Source: Octopus sinensis (taxonomy: Eukaryota). Taken from it: DNA of 64,000 bases. Shown here one piece after another: positions 10,898-23,715 of the stretch. A program made the position numbers and the translations under genes. The stretch is from positions 38,254,001 to 38,318,000 of the forward strand of contig NC_043000.1 in the NCBI RefSeq assembly GCF_006345805.1. The letters are read 5' to 3'. The notes beneath the pieces were generated by a model. That model did not search any database. It saw only the letters and a program-made list of their open reading frames with translations, and was not told the origin of the DNA. Within the stretch, counting starts at the first letter, position 1. Every line of letters begins with the position of its first letter.

Positions 10898-13289
10898 GGG
10901 CATGATTAAGATTGCAGAGACAGTTGATAAAGTGTCTTAGATGAATGTGTGCAAATAATAAGCAAGGAAACAATCTAGTAAATCAACACTATCGAATTGT
11001 TTTAGTTGATGTTGTTGTTGTTGTTAGTTTGAATTAATCAAAAGGTATCGGGTTCATTTGACCAACATGGCGGATACAAATGACCTTACAGCTGACATAT
11101 TAGTTCCAACGTAAAGACTACTAGTTCGACACACAAGCAAACAAGATGGGATGAAACCGTTAGAGTATTTTAATTAGAATTTTCCAGAAGCTAGTCGCCA
11201 GCTTGACCGTATGTTCCATGCAGTTTATTCCACGGCATGGAAGACATTGCTTTAGTTTGACCTTCGAACTTGGTAGTAATTCATCAAGATCGGATAGGTT
11301 GGAAGATAGAAAAAATAAAAGAGCAGAAGAAGCTATATTTAAACACCAGTAAACGATAGAAAGACAAAAAAAAAAACCAACAAAAGAAACATGAAAACAA
11401 AACAACCAACGTCCTAAAGATATGCTTCTACTAAAGGAAAGTTCTTGCTCGCCGTTATTTTTCCTTAAAAGGAATAACTGGAGAATACAGTTTATATAAA
11501 AACCTAAAAACATGTGTAATACATCGTAAAATAGATTCAGAAAAATAAATACATACGAGAAACCGTACCATGTTAATCTATATTTAATAACAACATTTTG
11601 GCATGCGCTTTAGAATTAAGATCCTTGTGAGTTGAGTCTGTGAACGAACGACGTTTCGATTCCACGTTCCTCCCATTTATGTTTTTATTTTCTTTCATTT
11701 ATTTGAACATTTTGCTTGGCATAGTCCAAAAATGAAGCGTCCATCATCTTTTTGAAGTGCTTCTGTGACTGGTTGGTGGAGGGTAGAAGCAAGAGGTCAC
11801 GCCCTACTTGTAAGTGCTGTAACAAATAGCGTAAGCATGTCAACATATCGATTACAACAAAGTGAACACGGCTAAAGTATGTAAAGACCAGGTGATAGGG
11901 GAGGAGGAGACTTGGTCGAAGTTTCAAGGATGCTGGCCTAGGAATGAGTACAGTCGAGCCGGTGTCGTTCTGCACAATGTTTGTGTAATTCGATTCTACT
12001 CAATGGCTTGGGTTGAACCAAAACTGTGATAGAAGACACTTGTTCATGGTCGTGCGCAGCGGAATCCATTTTAGAGCCATGGGATTTCGTAGCAAAAACT
12101 CCTCAACCATAGTCATTTATTAAAAATTCAGAAAAGGTTTGAACAATAACCGACGTATTTTTGCATAACCTCTCAAAATTGATTTCAAATTTTGACTCAA
12201 GGCCAGAAAGTTTGGGTGGTGGTGGTGGGGTGGGGGGTGGGGGATAAGTCGATTACATCGATCCCAGTGTTTATTTAGTCCCTATTTTTGTCGACCCGGA
12301 AAGCATGAAAGACAAAGTCGACCTGGGCGGAATTTGAACTCAGAACGTAAAGGCGTGATAAAGATTCTGCTTGCTCGCTGCCACATAACGAATGTTTTTA
12401 AAGAAAAATGCCAAATACATTTAGTAATTACCTGTACAAAATGTATTTTGGAAGATTTCTGTTTAAGGGAACAGAGGTGTTTATACAATACCAAGAAATC
12501 CTGGAGGAATAAGAAATAAGCACTTCAAACAATTTCGAAAGGAAGATAATATAAAACAATCGCTAAAGCTGGAGGGGGAGCATAAGCTCCCTTGCTCACA
12601 GTAAACGGACACAGACGATGTGTCGGTAGCCAGCTGGAAAAGATGTTTGCCTGGGGTTAAACAGTAGTAACATCATCCTAAGCAGGACTGCCTCTTTAAG
12701 TTGGCAAAACATCTTTACTAAAATAAAACAGAGGTTTTATGTATTTAGTGTATTTATATGAGCGCGCAACACGCACACACGCACACACACACACACACGA
12801 ACACACGCACACAGGCACACACACGCACACACGCACACAGGCACACACACACACACACATATAGTAAAGTAGGTGTTCTAACAGTCTGGTCATATTTCGT
12901 GAATTTTTAGTTTTCCATTTTGGTGAAAAAAAATTGCACAGGGCTGTCTACATTTTAATTTTTTTTCAATACACATTAGCGATTCGCTAAATCAGCCATC
13001 GATCATTATGGCGAATACTGACAGAGAATTAAGTCCGGAATCATCCGAATCGAGCAGCCCCTACTGATGAAGCCACGGAATCATCCGAAACTGACCGATC
13101 AATATAAGGAATTCTCGAACGGTGTTTTCAGTACATATGTATACAATTATGTGCTTCAGCGACAGCTTTAGAGCTCCTCAGCTCTTATTTCTAGCAATGT
13201 AAGTGTTCTAACAACCTAATCATATTCAGTGACACAGTTTTCCTTTTTGGTAAATAATTTCTCGCGGCTGTCTATATCAATTATATATA

Positions 13290-14365
13290 TATGTTCTCCA
13301 CCACAATCTCGTTTAGACTTGACAGACCTTCCTGTTTGTTTTCTCTGTCCTGTTTGTGTTACCTATTTTGACCCTCCGCAAAATACCAAATTTTATTTAA
13401 TTTGCTTTTCGGGAGCAACTGTTTTATCGAAAGCATATCTTGTTGTGAAAGGCTCAAAATACGAGAGTAGAAAAACAGCCAAAAACTGATGAAGGATCGT
13501 TCTTTATGTTGCTTGTCTTGCTTTCCATTTCTGTTTTTCGTTGTTCGAAAAAAACAGTTTATATTCTTCGTACACGTACTTCATATTTTCGGTTGTACAC
13601 GTTTTGTGAAACCCTGTGCCCACATATGCATATATATATATATACGTATAGAAGCAAGTATGTACATATACGTATGTGTATATTCATATATGTGTGTATA
13701 TGTGTATATTCATATATATATATATATATATATATGTATATTATTTATCTTATTACGTAACTGAACGCCACGCATTCCCTTCCAAGTAAGTTTTTTCGTA
13801 TTAGGTCTGATGTGCACTTTATTCTATCTTTTTACACTTTCGTCTCTCTCTCCCTGTCTCTTATTCTTTTACCTCCCCTTCTCCCTCTCCTATTCTTCTC
13901 TCATTTATTCTATCACCAATGTTTTCCTCTCCCCTTCACAGTTCTCTGTCATTCACTCTTTCTCTCCGTAGTAGTTGTATCAAGGAAGACGTGATCTTGT
14001 CTGACTTCTGTCCAAGCTTGATTTATGCGTTTTCCACCACAACAACGTTTATGCTTAGCAGACCTTCCTGTTTGTTTTCACTGTCCTGTTTGTGCTACCT
14101 ATTTTGACCCTCCGCAAAATACCGAATTTCATTTAATTTGCTTTTCGGGAGCAACTGTTTTATCGAAAGCGTATCTTCTGAAAGGTACGAAATACGAGAG
14201 TAGAAAAACACCAACAACAGATGAATGGTCGTCCTTTATGTTGCTTGTCTTGTTTTCCCTTCGTGTTTTTCGTTGTTCGAAGAAATATTTCATATTCCAT
14301 CTACTCGTACTTTGTATTTTCTGTTGTACACGTTTCGTGACGTCCTGTGCCAACATATGTATATA
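13290..14365 (+). repeat. Two diverged direct copies of a ~340-bp unit (13290-13630, 14036-14365)
   Basis: Shared CAGACCTTCCTGTTTGTTTTC...GACCCTCCGCAAAATACC...GGGAGCAACTGTTTTATCGAAAGC; each copy is followed by (TA)n. Confidence 0.85.
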
Positions 14366-14369
14366 TATA

Positions 14370-14400
<31 letters not shown>

Positions 14401-14425
14401 ATATCTATATGTATACATGTAAGTA

Positions 14426-14489
<64 letters not shown>

Positions 14490-14492
14490 ATG

Positions 14493-14562
<70 letters not shown>

Positions 14563-14825
14563 GCAATTAAGGACAACTACTTAATAAGGAAAACTTAACA
14601 AGAAAGTCAGGTAGATAGCGTAAAAACCTCATAAAGAAAAAATTTCGAAAATAATTATTTCTTATTGAACATATTAATTTATATATAGAGGGCATTATAC
14701 ATACATGCCAGGAGGCATTCTACATACACGCCATACGCTAAGAGGGACAATCATCATTTTCTACCAAAAATATTACTAATCCCACCGAAAACAATTTTTC
14801 AAAGAAAGACATTTAAAAATATATA

Positions 14826-14868
14826 CCTGTATCACAAGTGATTTCATACTTACGTAATCATCAGCAGG
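14826..14868 (-). ncRNA. Minimal type I hammerhead ribozyme motif
   Basis: CCUG-CUGAUGA-u-UAC(GUAA)GUA-u-GAAA-UCAC-uu-GUGA-UA-CAGG. Confidence 0.75.
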
Positions 14869-15090
14869 CCTGAATATACTATAAATAAACAACGACCCTG
14901 CTTCGCTTAAGCCGATCAGCTAACTGATCAACATCAACGAAGCACATGGGTGGGTTTTATATATACTATATCCGGATGAATGGTAAACTTTTACGAATTG
15001 CATTTCGGGAGAGGATGTGCTTCGTTGATGTTGATCAGTTAGCTGATCGGCTTAAGCGAAGCAGGGTCGTTGTTTATTTATAGTATATTC

Positions 15091-15138
15091 AGGCCTGCTG
15101 ATGATTACGTAAGTATGAAATCACTGTGATACAGGTCT
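15091..15138 (+). ncRNA. Minimal type I hammerhead ribozyme motif
   Basis: AGGCCUG-CUGAUGA-u-UAC(GUAA)GUA-u-GAAA-UCAC-u-GUGA-UA-CAGGUCU; 7-bp helix I, GNRA-capped helix II, intact core. Confidence 0.8.
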
Positions 15139-15339
15139 ATATATTTTTAAATGTCTTTCTTTGAAAAATTGCATTCGGTGGGATTAGTAATATTTTTGGT
15201 AGAAATGACTGATTGTCCCTCTTAGCGTATGGCGTATGTAGAATGCCTCCTGGCATGTATGTATAATGCCCTCTATATATAATATATATTATATATTATA
15301 TATATATATATATGTATATATATATGTGTATATATATAT

Positions 15340-15396
<57 letters not shown>

Positions 15397-15581
15397 ATAT
15401 ATTCTAGACCCGTTTGTTCGCCCATGGTTGACTTCTGTAGTTAATATCTGTGTACTTTTTCGGCTGTTTATATAAGAGTTTTGACTGAGATTTCCAGCAT
15501 GTAGACATATCCAGCATGTCCTTTGAACTGAATTTCAATTATATATGTTGTGTATACATACATACATATATATACATACAA

Positions 15582-15621
<40 letters not shown>

Positions 15622-15679
15622 TATATATATTATATGTATATATATATATATATAAATTGTGTGTGTGTATATATACATA

Positions 15680-16140
15680 TATATTTTCGATTTGACCAAA
15701 CTAATACACTCCCTATTTCTAGGTCAGTTTAAACACAAACCTTGAATCTGCTACATTCTATATAAATTCCCTACTGGGAAGGACCAACTTTAAGAGAATC
15801 TTACATTGCTTATAAACTTTACATTTGGATGGCCTCATATTAAACCCTGTTGGACTTTTGGATTTTACTCAAAAGATATTGGAATAATACACATATATAC
15901 CATTATGCCTCTAAAACGGATTTATGAACTCAATTACCATACATATCTTACATCTATTTTCTTTCCTCCACCTCACTCTCTGTTTATATCACATCGAAAC
16001 TAACTATGACTTAACTTTTCCTCTCACACCGTCTCCGATGAAGGGATATTATTATTAATTAATATTCTAGAAACAGCTGTAAGACCTTCTATCTATAAAT
16101 GCTCTAATATCTATACAGCCTTGGTTTTTTTTTCTCATTA
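15680..16140 (+). mobile_element. PLE-like terminal-repeat remnant (family F3)
   Basis: Homologous to 42100-42420 (-); carries HHR motif near its 3' end. Confidence 0.6.
16031..16085 (+). ncRNA. Minimal hammerhead motif, CCGAUGA (U4C) variant
   Basis: GUCU-CCGAUGA-ag-GGAUAUU...AAUAUUC-ua-GAAA-CAGCUG-UA-AGAC; palindromic ACAGCUGU helix III. Confidence 0.6.
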
Positions 16141-16739
16141 CGCATAAAAATTTATATATATGTATATATACATATATATATTATAATATTATATATATAT
16201 ATATATATATATGTATTATGTATGTATGTATGTATATGCATATATATATATATATATACGTTTCTTTATTAGCCACACATGGTTACACACAGACGGGACA
16301 AATTACAAGGTAAATCTTTTCTTCTGGGGAAAAAAGGGGGGTAGGTTTTCGAGGAAAAGGGATCGTAGAGGAAAGAAAAGAGAAAGAGAATAGTAGAAAA
16401 AAACAGGAGACAAAAAGAATATAAAGGAATATATATATATATATATATATAGATATATATATATATAGATTGATAGTTAGATAGATAGATAAGGATAAGA
16501 TCGTTATTTAAATACCAATATTATCAAGTGACCAGCATAGGAATAAAAACCTTCAAGGTAATAATTACTATTAAAATTATAATTTAGAGTATCTAAGAGA
16601 TACTACCATGCTGGAAATAGCAACTAAAACTTGACTCTAAAACCACATTCAATGTGGTTTTAGAGTCAATTCTGGATGCTATTTGCAGATTGGTTGTATC
16701 TCTTAGATACCCTAAATAATAATAATAATAATAATAATA

Positions 16740-16776
<37 letters not shown>

Positions 16777-17275
16777 CACACACCAGAAAAGGTCAGAGAA
16801 AACGTGAAGGCAACCATACTCTGGGATATGCCAATACACACAGATAGCGAAGTTAAGGCCAACAGACCAGATATAGTTGTCAAAGATCATGAAGAAAAAA
16901 AATGCTTTCTAATTGATGTATCAATACCGGCTGATGAGAACGTGTCTCTAAAAGAAATGGAGAAACTCTCAAAATACAAAGACCTGGAAATAGAGGTAAC
17001 CAGAATGTGGAATCTAAAAAGAGAAACAATTCCTATCATAGTAGGTGCATTAGGCATGATAAAAAGATATTCAGATAAATACATAACAAAAACACCAGGA
17101 CTTACAAACACATATAACATACAGAAAATTGCACTACTAGGCACTGCACACATCCTACGCAGAGCACTTTCCATACAATAACCATCAGAGCATCACAACA
17201 AATCACAGCACATACCCAAGGCACACAGAGCTGCGCTCGGTAGTGAAGTGAAAGCACGCTATAAAAATAATACTA
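16777..17275 (+). mobile_element. 5'-truncated RLE non-LTR retrotransposon (R4/Dong/CRE-like) 3' end embedded in (TAA)n
   Basis: ORF 16804-17181 ILWDMPIHTD..ANRPDIVVKD....CFLIDVSIP.D.NV..KE.EKLSKYKDL...W....IPIIVGALG...QKIALLGTAHILRRAL = PD-(D/E)xK RLE C-terminus; TAA tracts on both sides. Confidence 0.9.
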
Positions 17276-17423
17276 TAAATAATAATAATAATGATAATAA
17301 AATAATAATATAATAAATAATAATAATATAATAATATAATAATAAATAATAATAATAATATAATATAACAACAACAATAATAATATAATAATAATAATTA
17401 ATAATAATAATAATAATAAAAAA

Positions 17424-17965
17424 TCCCCTGATGCAACACCAGGCAGTGGCTCTCATGGCTTCTGATCTTACTGATTGGAAGTGTTATCATGTACATTGTT
17501 TTGTCTTGGTATAAAAGATGGGCTACAGCCAATATTCTGCTCAATACCACCGATTTGCTCGTCAGTTGTTTGACCTTAACCAGTTGAGCATGTCCCTTTG
17601 TGGCTGACGATATGTGCATCTCTGATCACGAGCAGAAGTAGTGGGGGAGCATCATAGCCGTGTTTGAGAGAGATTCTTTGGGGTTTGAATAGTTCCACCT
17701 CTGGAAACATGGGTGGTTCTTTCAACATCCTAAACAACCCTTATTCAGGGACCGGTTTGAGCGGGATGGGCTACTCAACCTGAAGAAAATTCAAACTGGG
17801 CCCCACCTGCAAGGTCATGTGCTGTTTTTCTTGATGGAGATCACCATGTCGCGCACATAGGTTGTGATGCATGTGCCTGGTGTACCTTTATCAGACGGGT
17901 AGTCATGATGGGTATTTGGGCTTCGTATATTTTACCCCAGTGTCACTTTGATGGCATGAACTGCT
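17424..17965 (+). mobile_element. Non-coding ~545-bp (TAA)n-flanked repeat, family D copy 1
   Basis: Near-identical to 18196-18749; homologous to 51860-52385. Confidence 0.8.
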
Positions 17966-17974
17966 CTCTCACTC

Positions 17975-18008
<34 letters not shown>

Positions 18009-18079
18009 TTAATAATAATAATATAGTAAAATAGTAAAAATAATAATAATAATATATAATAATGATAATAATAATAATA

Positions 18080-18113
<34 letters not shown>

Positions 18114-18195
18114 CATAATAATTAATATAATAATAATAATACACAACAATAATAATAATAATAATATAATATAATAATATAATAATAATAAAAAA

Positions 18196-18749
18196 TCCCC
18201 TGATGCAACACCAGGCAGTGGCTCTCATGGCTTCTGATCTTAACTGATTGGAAGTGTTATCATGTACATTGTTTTGTCTTGGTATAAAAGATGGGCTACA
18301 GCAAATATTCTGCTCAATACCACAGATTTGCTCGTCAGTTTGTTGACCTTAACCAGTTGAGCATGTCCCTTTGTGGCTGACGATATGTGCATCTCTGATC
18401 ACGAGCAGAAGTAGTGGGGGAGCATCATAGCCATGTGTTGAGAGAGATTCTTTGGGGTTTGAATAGTTCACCTCTGGAAACATGGGTGGTTCTTTCAACA
18501 TCCTTAAACAACCCTTATTCAGGGACCGTTTGAGCGGGATGGCTACTCAACCTGAAGAAAATTCAAACTGGGCCCCACCTGCAAGGTCATGTGCTGTTTT
18601 ATCTTGATATGAGATCACCATGTCGCGCACATATGGTTGTGATGCATGTGCCTGGTGTACCTTTATCAGACGGGTAGTCATGATGGGTATTTGGGCTTCG
18701 TATATTTTACCCCAGTGTCACTTTGATGGCATGAACTGCTCTCTCACTC
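18196..18749 (+). mobile_element. Family D copy 2 (tandem duplicate)
   Basis: Same ends ATCCCCTGATGCAACACC ... CTGCTCTCTCACTC followed by (AAT)n. Confidence 0.8.
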
Positions 18750-18786
<37 letters not shown>

Positions 18787-18859
18787 TTAATAATAATAAT
18801 AATAGTAATAGTAAAAATAATAATAATTATAATTTTATATATATATATATATATTCATA

Positions 18860-19140
18860 TATATAAACTTACATAAACTTAGATATGTTTCCATCAAAGT
18901 CCAACTCAGCAGCACCACCTAATAGAATTATCTAAACCATTAAAGTCAACTTTTGTAGCATCATGGCCAATTCGCGTAGGGAGTTTTATCCAGGAATATG
19001 TGGCTTAATATGGTATAAGAATTCTGTCCAGATTTCGTTTACAGGTAATAGTATTCTTTCCCTCTTTGATCTGTTTCGGTATAATGTTAAATACAGCAGG
19101 GCCTGTTGAGGAAAAGATACTGTGTTGCAGTGTATTTATG
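18860..19140 (-). mobile_element. CR1-like LINE 3' fragment
   Basis: [38 protein letters not shown]; related plus-strand piece at 20150-20250 (SSTGPALFNIVPKQIK). Confidence 0.55.
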
Positions 19141-19241
19141 TGTAGTGATCCCGAAATGGGTATATATACATATATATAAGTATATATATATATTATGTAT
19201 ATATATATATACACACACACCATATATACATACATACATAC

Positions 19242-19292
<51 letters not shown>

Positions 19293-19344
19293 ATGTATAT
19301 ATATATATACACACACCATATATACATATACAATACATAAATAC

Positions 19345-19395
<51 letters not shown>

Positions 19396-19396
19396 G

Positions 19397-19459
<63 letters not shown>

Positions 19460-20072
19460 CATATACATATCATATATCTATACATATACATATATATATA
19501 TATATTTATACATATATATACATATATATATAGCATATGTATACGTATAAGCATACATATGTATATTATTTAAAGATACATATATATATATATACGTACA
19601 TACATATATATGTATATGAATACATACACACACACACATACACACACTGAGCATTGTATACATTGAAACGATTGACATTACTCTTAGAGTCATGTGACCC
19701 AAAGATTTCAATGTAAAATCAGAAGATAATGAAACAATTAAATACTGTAATGTGAATATAACGATTTTCCAACATTTTCCTCTTGGATTCTAAGACGCGA
19801 TTCCAATGAATTAACCAAAGATCACAGTTTTCATTATAAGAACATCGAGAAACAATGATGATGATGATGATGATCATAATAATAATAATAATGATAATGA
19901 GGGCAAATAGCACTGATGTGCCACAAAAACACAGCTAGCCATACATACATACATGCATACATACATATATACAAACACACACATACATACATACATTCAT
20001 ACATACATGCATCCATAAACATATACACATTTGTATGCGTAGATATATACATAAGCATGCATACATACATAC

Positions 20073-20106
<34 letters not shown>

Positions 20107-20265
20107 AACCACATGTGGATATTTGGCGATTTTCTTCCTCCTTTACTATTGGACCTTCCTCTGTTTCCGAAGAAGAGCTCTGCAACAGCATTTCCCTTCC
20201 TCAACAGGCCCTGCCCTATTCAACATTGTCCCGAAACAGATCAAGTTAAAAGTTTGTGTCCGGTG

Positions 20266-21430
20266 ATCCCACACACCGAGGGACTTCTTACGCCTAAACA
20301 CTTGCTTGACTTTCAGCTTGACCCTCATCCTGACACCTCTGCACTTCTTCGTCTGGCTAAACTTGTCCTCTTCCTCAACTACTTCTCGTTCGCGGTGGAG
20401 TTATACCAACAGCTCTCGGGAGTACTTATGGGCCCCAGCTATGCGAACCTGTCCGTTGGCCATGTCGAGGGGCAAATATTCTCACGATTCGTTGGTCCCA
20501 GTCCCGAGATATACGTTGCTATGCAACCTCACTCTCCCGCGAATAACTGTATTACGTTCTCGTTTTTGTCCGATCTTTCCATTCTGCCGTCCAATTCTCC
20601 TGCACTGTCTCTAACTCTTCCGTCGAATTTCTCGATATTTCTGTCCCCACACCCCACTCCGCTCTCACTACCTCCATCCACTACAAACACCCTGACTCAC
20701 ACTCCTGCCTTAATTTCTCCTCCTACCTACCCACACCATGCTCTCCATCTCCTACTTCCAATTCCTCCGTCTACGCAGGCTCAGCAGTGACGACGATGAC
20801 TTTGAGACTCAGTCTCAACTCATGGCTCACCACTTCATCCTACATAGATATCCCCTCACCATTATCCATACTGCCCTTGCCCGGGTACGAGCTGTGGACC
20901 GTGCCTCTGCTCTTCCTCCTCGTACCCACCCTACCCTTCCAGTGCACCCTTCTCCTGGCCTTCCGGTGACTCCTGTCCGAGCCCCCCACCTCGCACATCT
21001 TCCCTAACCTACCACTTCCTTCCTTCAAACGAACCCATAACCTGTGTGACATCCTGCTCTGCAATCTCTTTCCTACTCCGCCTCCCAGCCTGAGTCCTTC
21101 CCCTTCTCCCGCCCACACTGATGCACCTGCCCCTACCTCTCCAACACCACCATCCTCACAGGTACTCATCACCGTCCACATCACATCACCGACTCTTTCA
21201 CCTACACCTCTAGTAATGTTATTTACTCCATCACTTGTTCTATCTCTCCCCTCTCTCTTCCCCTCTCTCTCTTTCTCTCTTTCTGTCCTTCCCTGTATAT
21301 TGGTCAAATGGGACGCAACTTGGCTGACCGGTTCGCAAAGCAACCCCGAGACATCAGATTCGGCAATGATACCCCGGTCTCGCACCACATCCCTACTGCC
21401 GATCATCCGTCCGATAGTATTACTGTACTA
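20266..21430 (+). mobile_element. Degenerate Penelope-like element (RT C-half + GIY-YIG), pyrimidine-rich family
   Basis: IPHTEGLL, LLRLAKLVLFLNYFSF..LYQQLSGVLMGPSYANL, SQFLRLRRLSSDDDDFE, NVIYSITC...YIGQMGRNLADRF; multiple frameshifts. Confidence 0.85.
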
Positions 21431-22382
21431 AATTTGTCCTTTTATACATACATTACGCGGCAACTTGTGCAAGTGTCTTCTACAATAACCTCGGATTAAC
21501 GAAAGCTTTGTGTAGAGGGAAACTGATAGAAGCCCACCGTATATATATATATATATACAAGTATTTTAAACATTTTTTTACCCTTTGTCGAATGTGAAGT
21601 GCTACCCAACAGAAACGAAAGTTTCTGACCGGAATTTTAAATAATCATTTTTACTCATTATTCCACACATAGGTATCGAATTAGATTTAGTTGGAATGTA
21701 TGAAAATATAGGGAAAGTTATAAACTACGGTCGATTACTCTATTTTCATCATCAACTTCTTAAAAAATACAGAGAAATTAACGAAATTTCCATTTATCGG
21801 AGTCACACAGTTTTATTCCGTCCAGTCTTTTTAATAAGAAAATTATTTACATGCAGTAATATAACCATATTGAATAATATAACTTAGTTGTTTTAAAATA
21901 ATATATTGAATTCTCTTACTGCTTTAACGTTTCTTATTAAATCAATGAAGTCTCTATAACTGATAATAAAGTTTACACCCTGCTGCAAATGGAGACGAAA
22001 ACGAAAATAGATAAAGAAAGAGATGTGGAAATTGAAGCTGAATTAGGATGGGAAGGATATTTCCATTTAAGAAACATAAATAATATTTCTTATTAAATTT
22101 CTCTCTCACTAAATATTAATTCTGTTTCCATCTCAAGACCTTTGACCTGTTATTTTAACAGAGAATGTCTAATAGTTTTAACTCGCAACTCCATTCCATG
22201 CTTAGTGCTCTGACTTCTACTGCTTAATTTCATCAATTATCTCCCCTGTTTTCTGCACCACTGACATACACATCAATTTTCCTCTCCTCTTTGCAATCGT
22301 TATCTTTTGTTTTTCTTCTACTTCTTTATATAATCTATTTCTCACTTTCTGCACCTCAAATTATCGGTGCACAGACACTACG

Positions 22383-22384
<2 letters not shown>

Positions 22385-22432
<48 letters not shown>

Positions 22433-22538
22433 TTCTCTCTTTCTCTCTCTCTCTCCTCTCTGTCTATCTATCTATCTATATATCTATCTATCTATCTATC
22501 TATCTACCTATCTATCTATCTATCTCTCTATCTATCTC

Positions 22539-22609
<71 letters not shown>

Positions 22610-22625
22610 CTACCTATCTCTCTCC
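22385..22625. repeat. (CT)n + (TATC)n compound microsatellite
   Basis: Direct reading. Confidence 0.95.
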
Positions 22626-22954
22626 TTAACTCCATTTCATGAATACCACCACCTTATCAACGAAATAGCGTTAGGGACGTTTGTAACTAACCTCTTAGTA
22701 TTGTCTACACTAACAACTCAAGTTTGGTTTCCTCCTCCTTTGTGATCCACTTCGATCTCTCTCTACATTACTTCCTCTCTCTCTCTCTCTCTGCACCCAT
22801 ACACCCCTCGCACTCTCACCCATACACTCATTTATACTCATGCACGTATTTACCCATATATATATATATATAAGTCTAAATGTGCGTTAATGTGTGTGTA
22901 TATATGTATATACATAGACACACACAATGAAATATATAAGCATGTATTCTTTTA

Positions 22955-23163
22955 TTCTTTTTCTTGCTTCAGTCATTTGGCTGCGGCCATGCTGGAGCGC
23001 CGCCTTTAGTCGAACAAATCGACCCCCGAACATATTCGTTGTATGCCTAGTACTTATTCTATCGGTCGCCTATGCCGAACCGCTAAGTTATGGGGACGTA
23101 AAAACACCAGCATCGGTTGCCAAGCGATGGTGGGGGACAAACACAAATACACAAACATATACA

Positions 23164-23226
<63 letters not shown>

Positions 23227-23300
23227 ATATATATATATATATTATATATATATATATATATTATATATATATATATATATATGTATGTATATGTATTAGC

Positions 23301-23360
<60 letters not shown>

Positions 23361-23532
23361 ATAGATATACGACAGGCTTCTTTCAGTTTCCGTCAATCAA
23401 ATACACTCACAAGTCTTTGAGTGGTCCGAGGCTATAGTAGAAGGCACTTGACCAATTTGCCAAGCAGTGGGACTGAACCCTTAACTATGTGGTTAGTAAG
23501 CAAGCAACTTACCACAAAGCCACTCCTGCGCC
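22955..23532 (-). mobile_element. SINE family B with internal (TATC)n/(TA)n
   Basis: Family B head and tail on minus strand. Confidence 0.85.
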
Positions 23533-23663
23533 TATGTATGTTCATATATTTCTATATGTATCTCGGTCTCATTCTTTCTCTCTCTCTCACTTTATGTATA
23601 TATATATGTGTGTGTGTGTGTGTGTGCGCGCGCATGTAAATGTATGTATGTGCCTGGGTGAGA

Positions 23664-23715
<52 letters not shown>

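Larger units (their letters stand above)
14566..15282. mobile_element. Fold-back element in (TA)n with two inverted hammerheads (family F2)
   Basis: About 110-bp unique head; inverted arms 14679-14947 / 15015-15282 that differ by only a few small indels or substitutions; 67-bp spacer. Confidence 0.9.

Noticed and set aside
13067-13105. CTGATGA...GAAA resembling a hammerhead
   Set aside because: No helix I or helix III pairing
13478-13560. CTGATGA...GAAA in the duplicated unit
   Set aside because: No helix II/III, and the core is not conserved in the paralogous copy (CAGATGA)
15403-15430. CTAG plus nearby GC-rich stretch as a minus-strand Helitron 3' end
   Set aside because: No convincing hairpin and no matching 5' TC end identified
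17800-17900. Pseudoknot-like pairing in family D (GCACAT/ATGTGC, ATCAC/GTGAT) as a possible HDV-like ribozyme
   Set aside because: No room for P3/L3 or P4; topology does not fit
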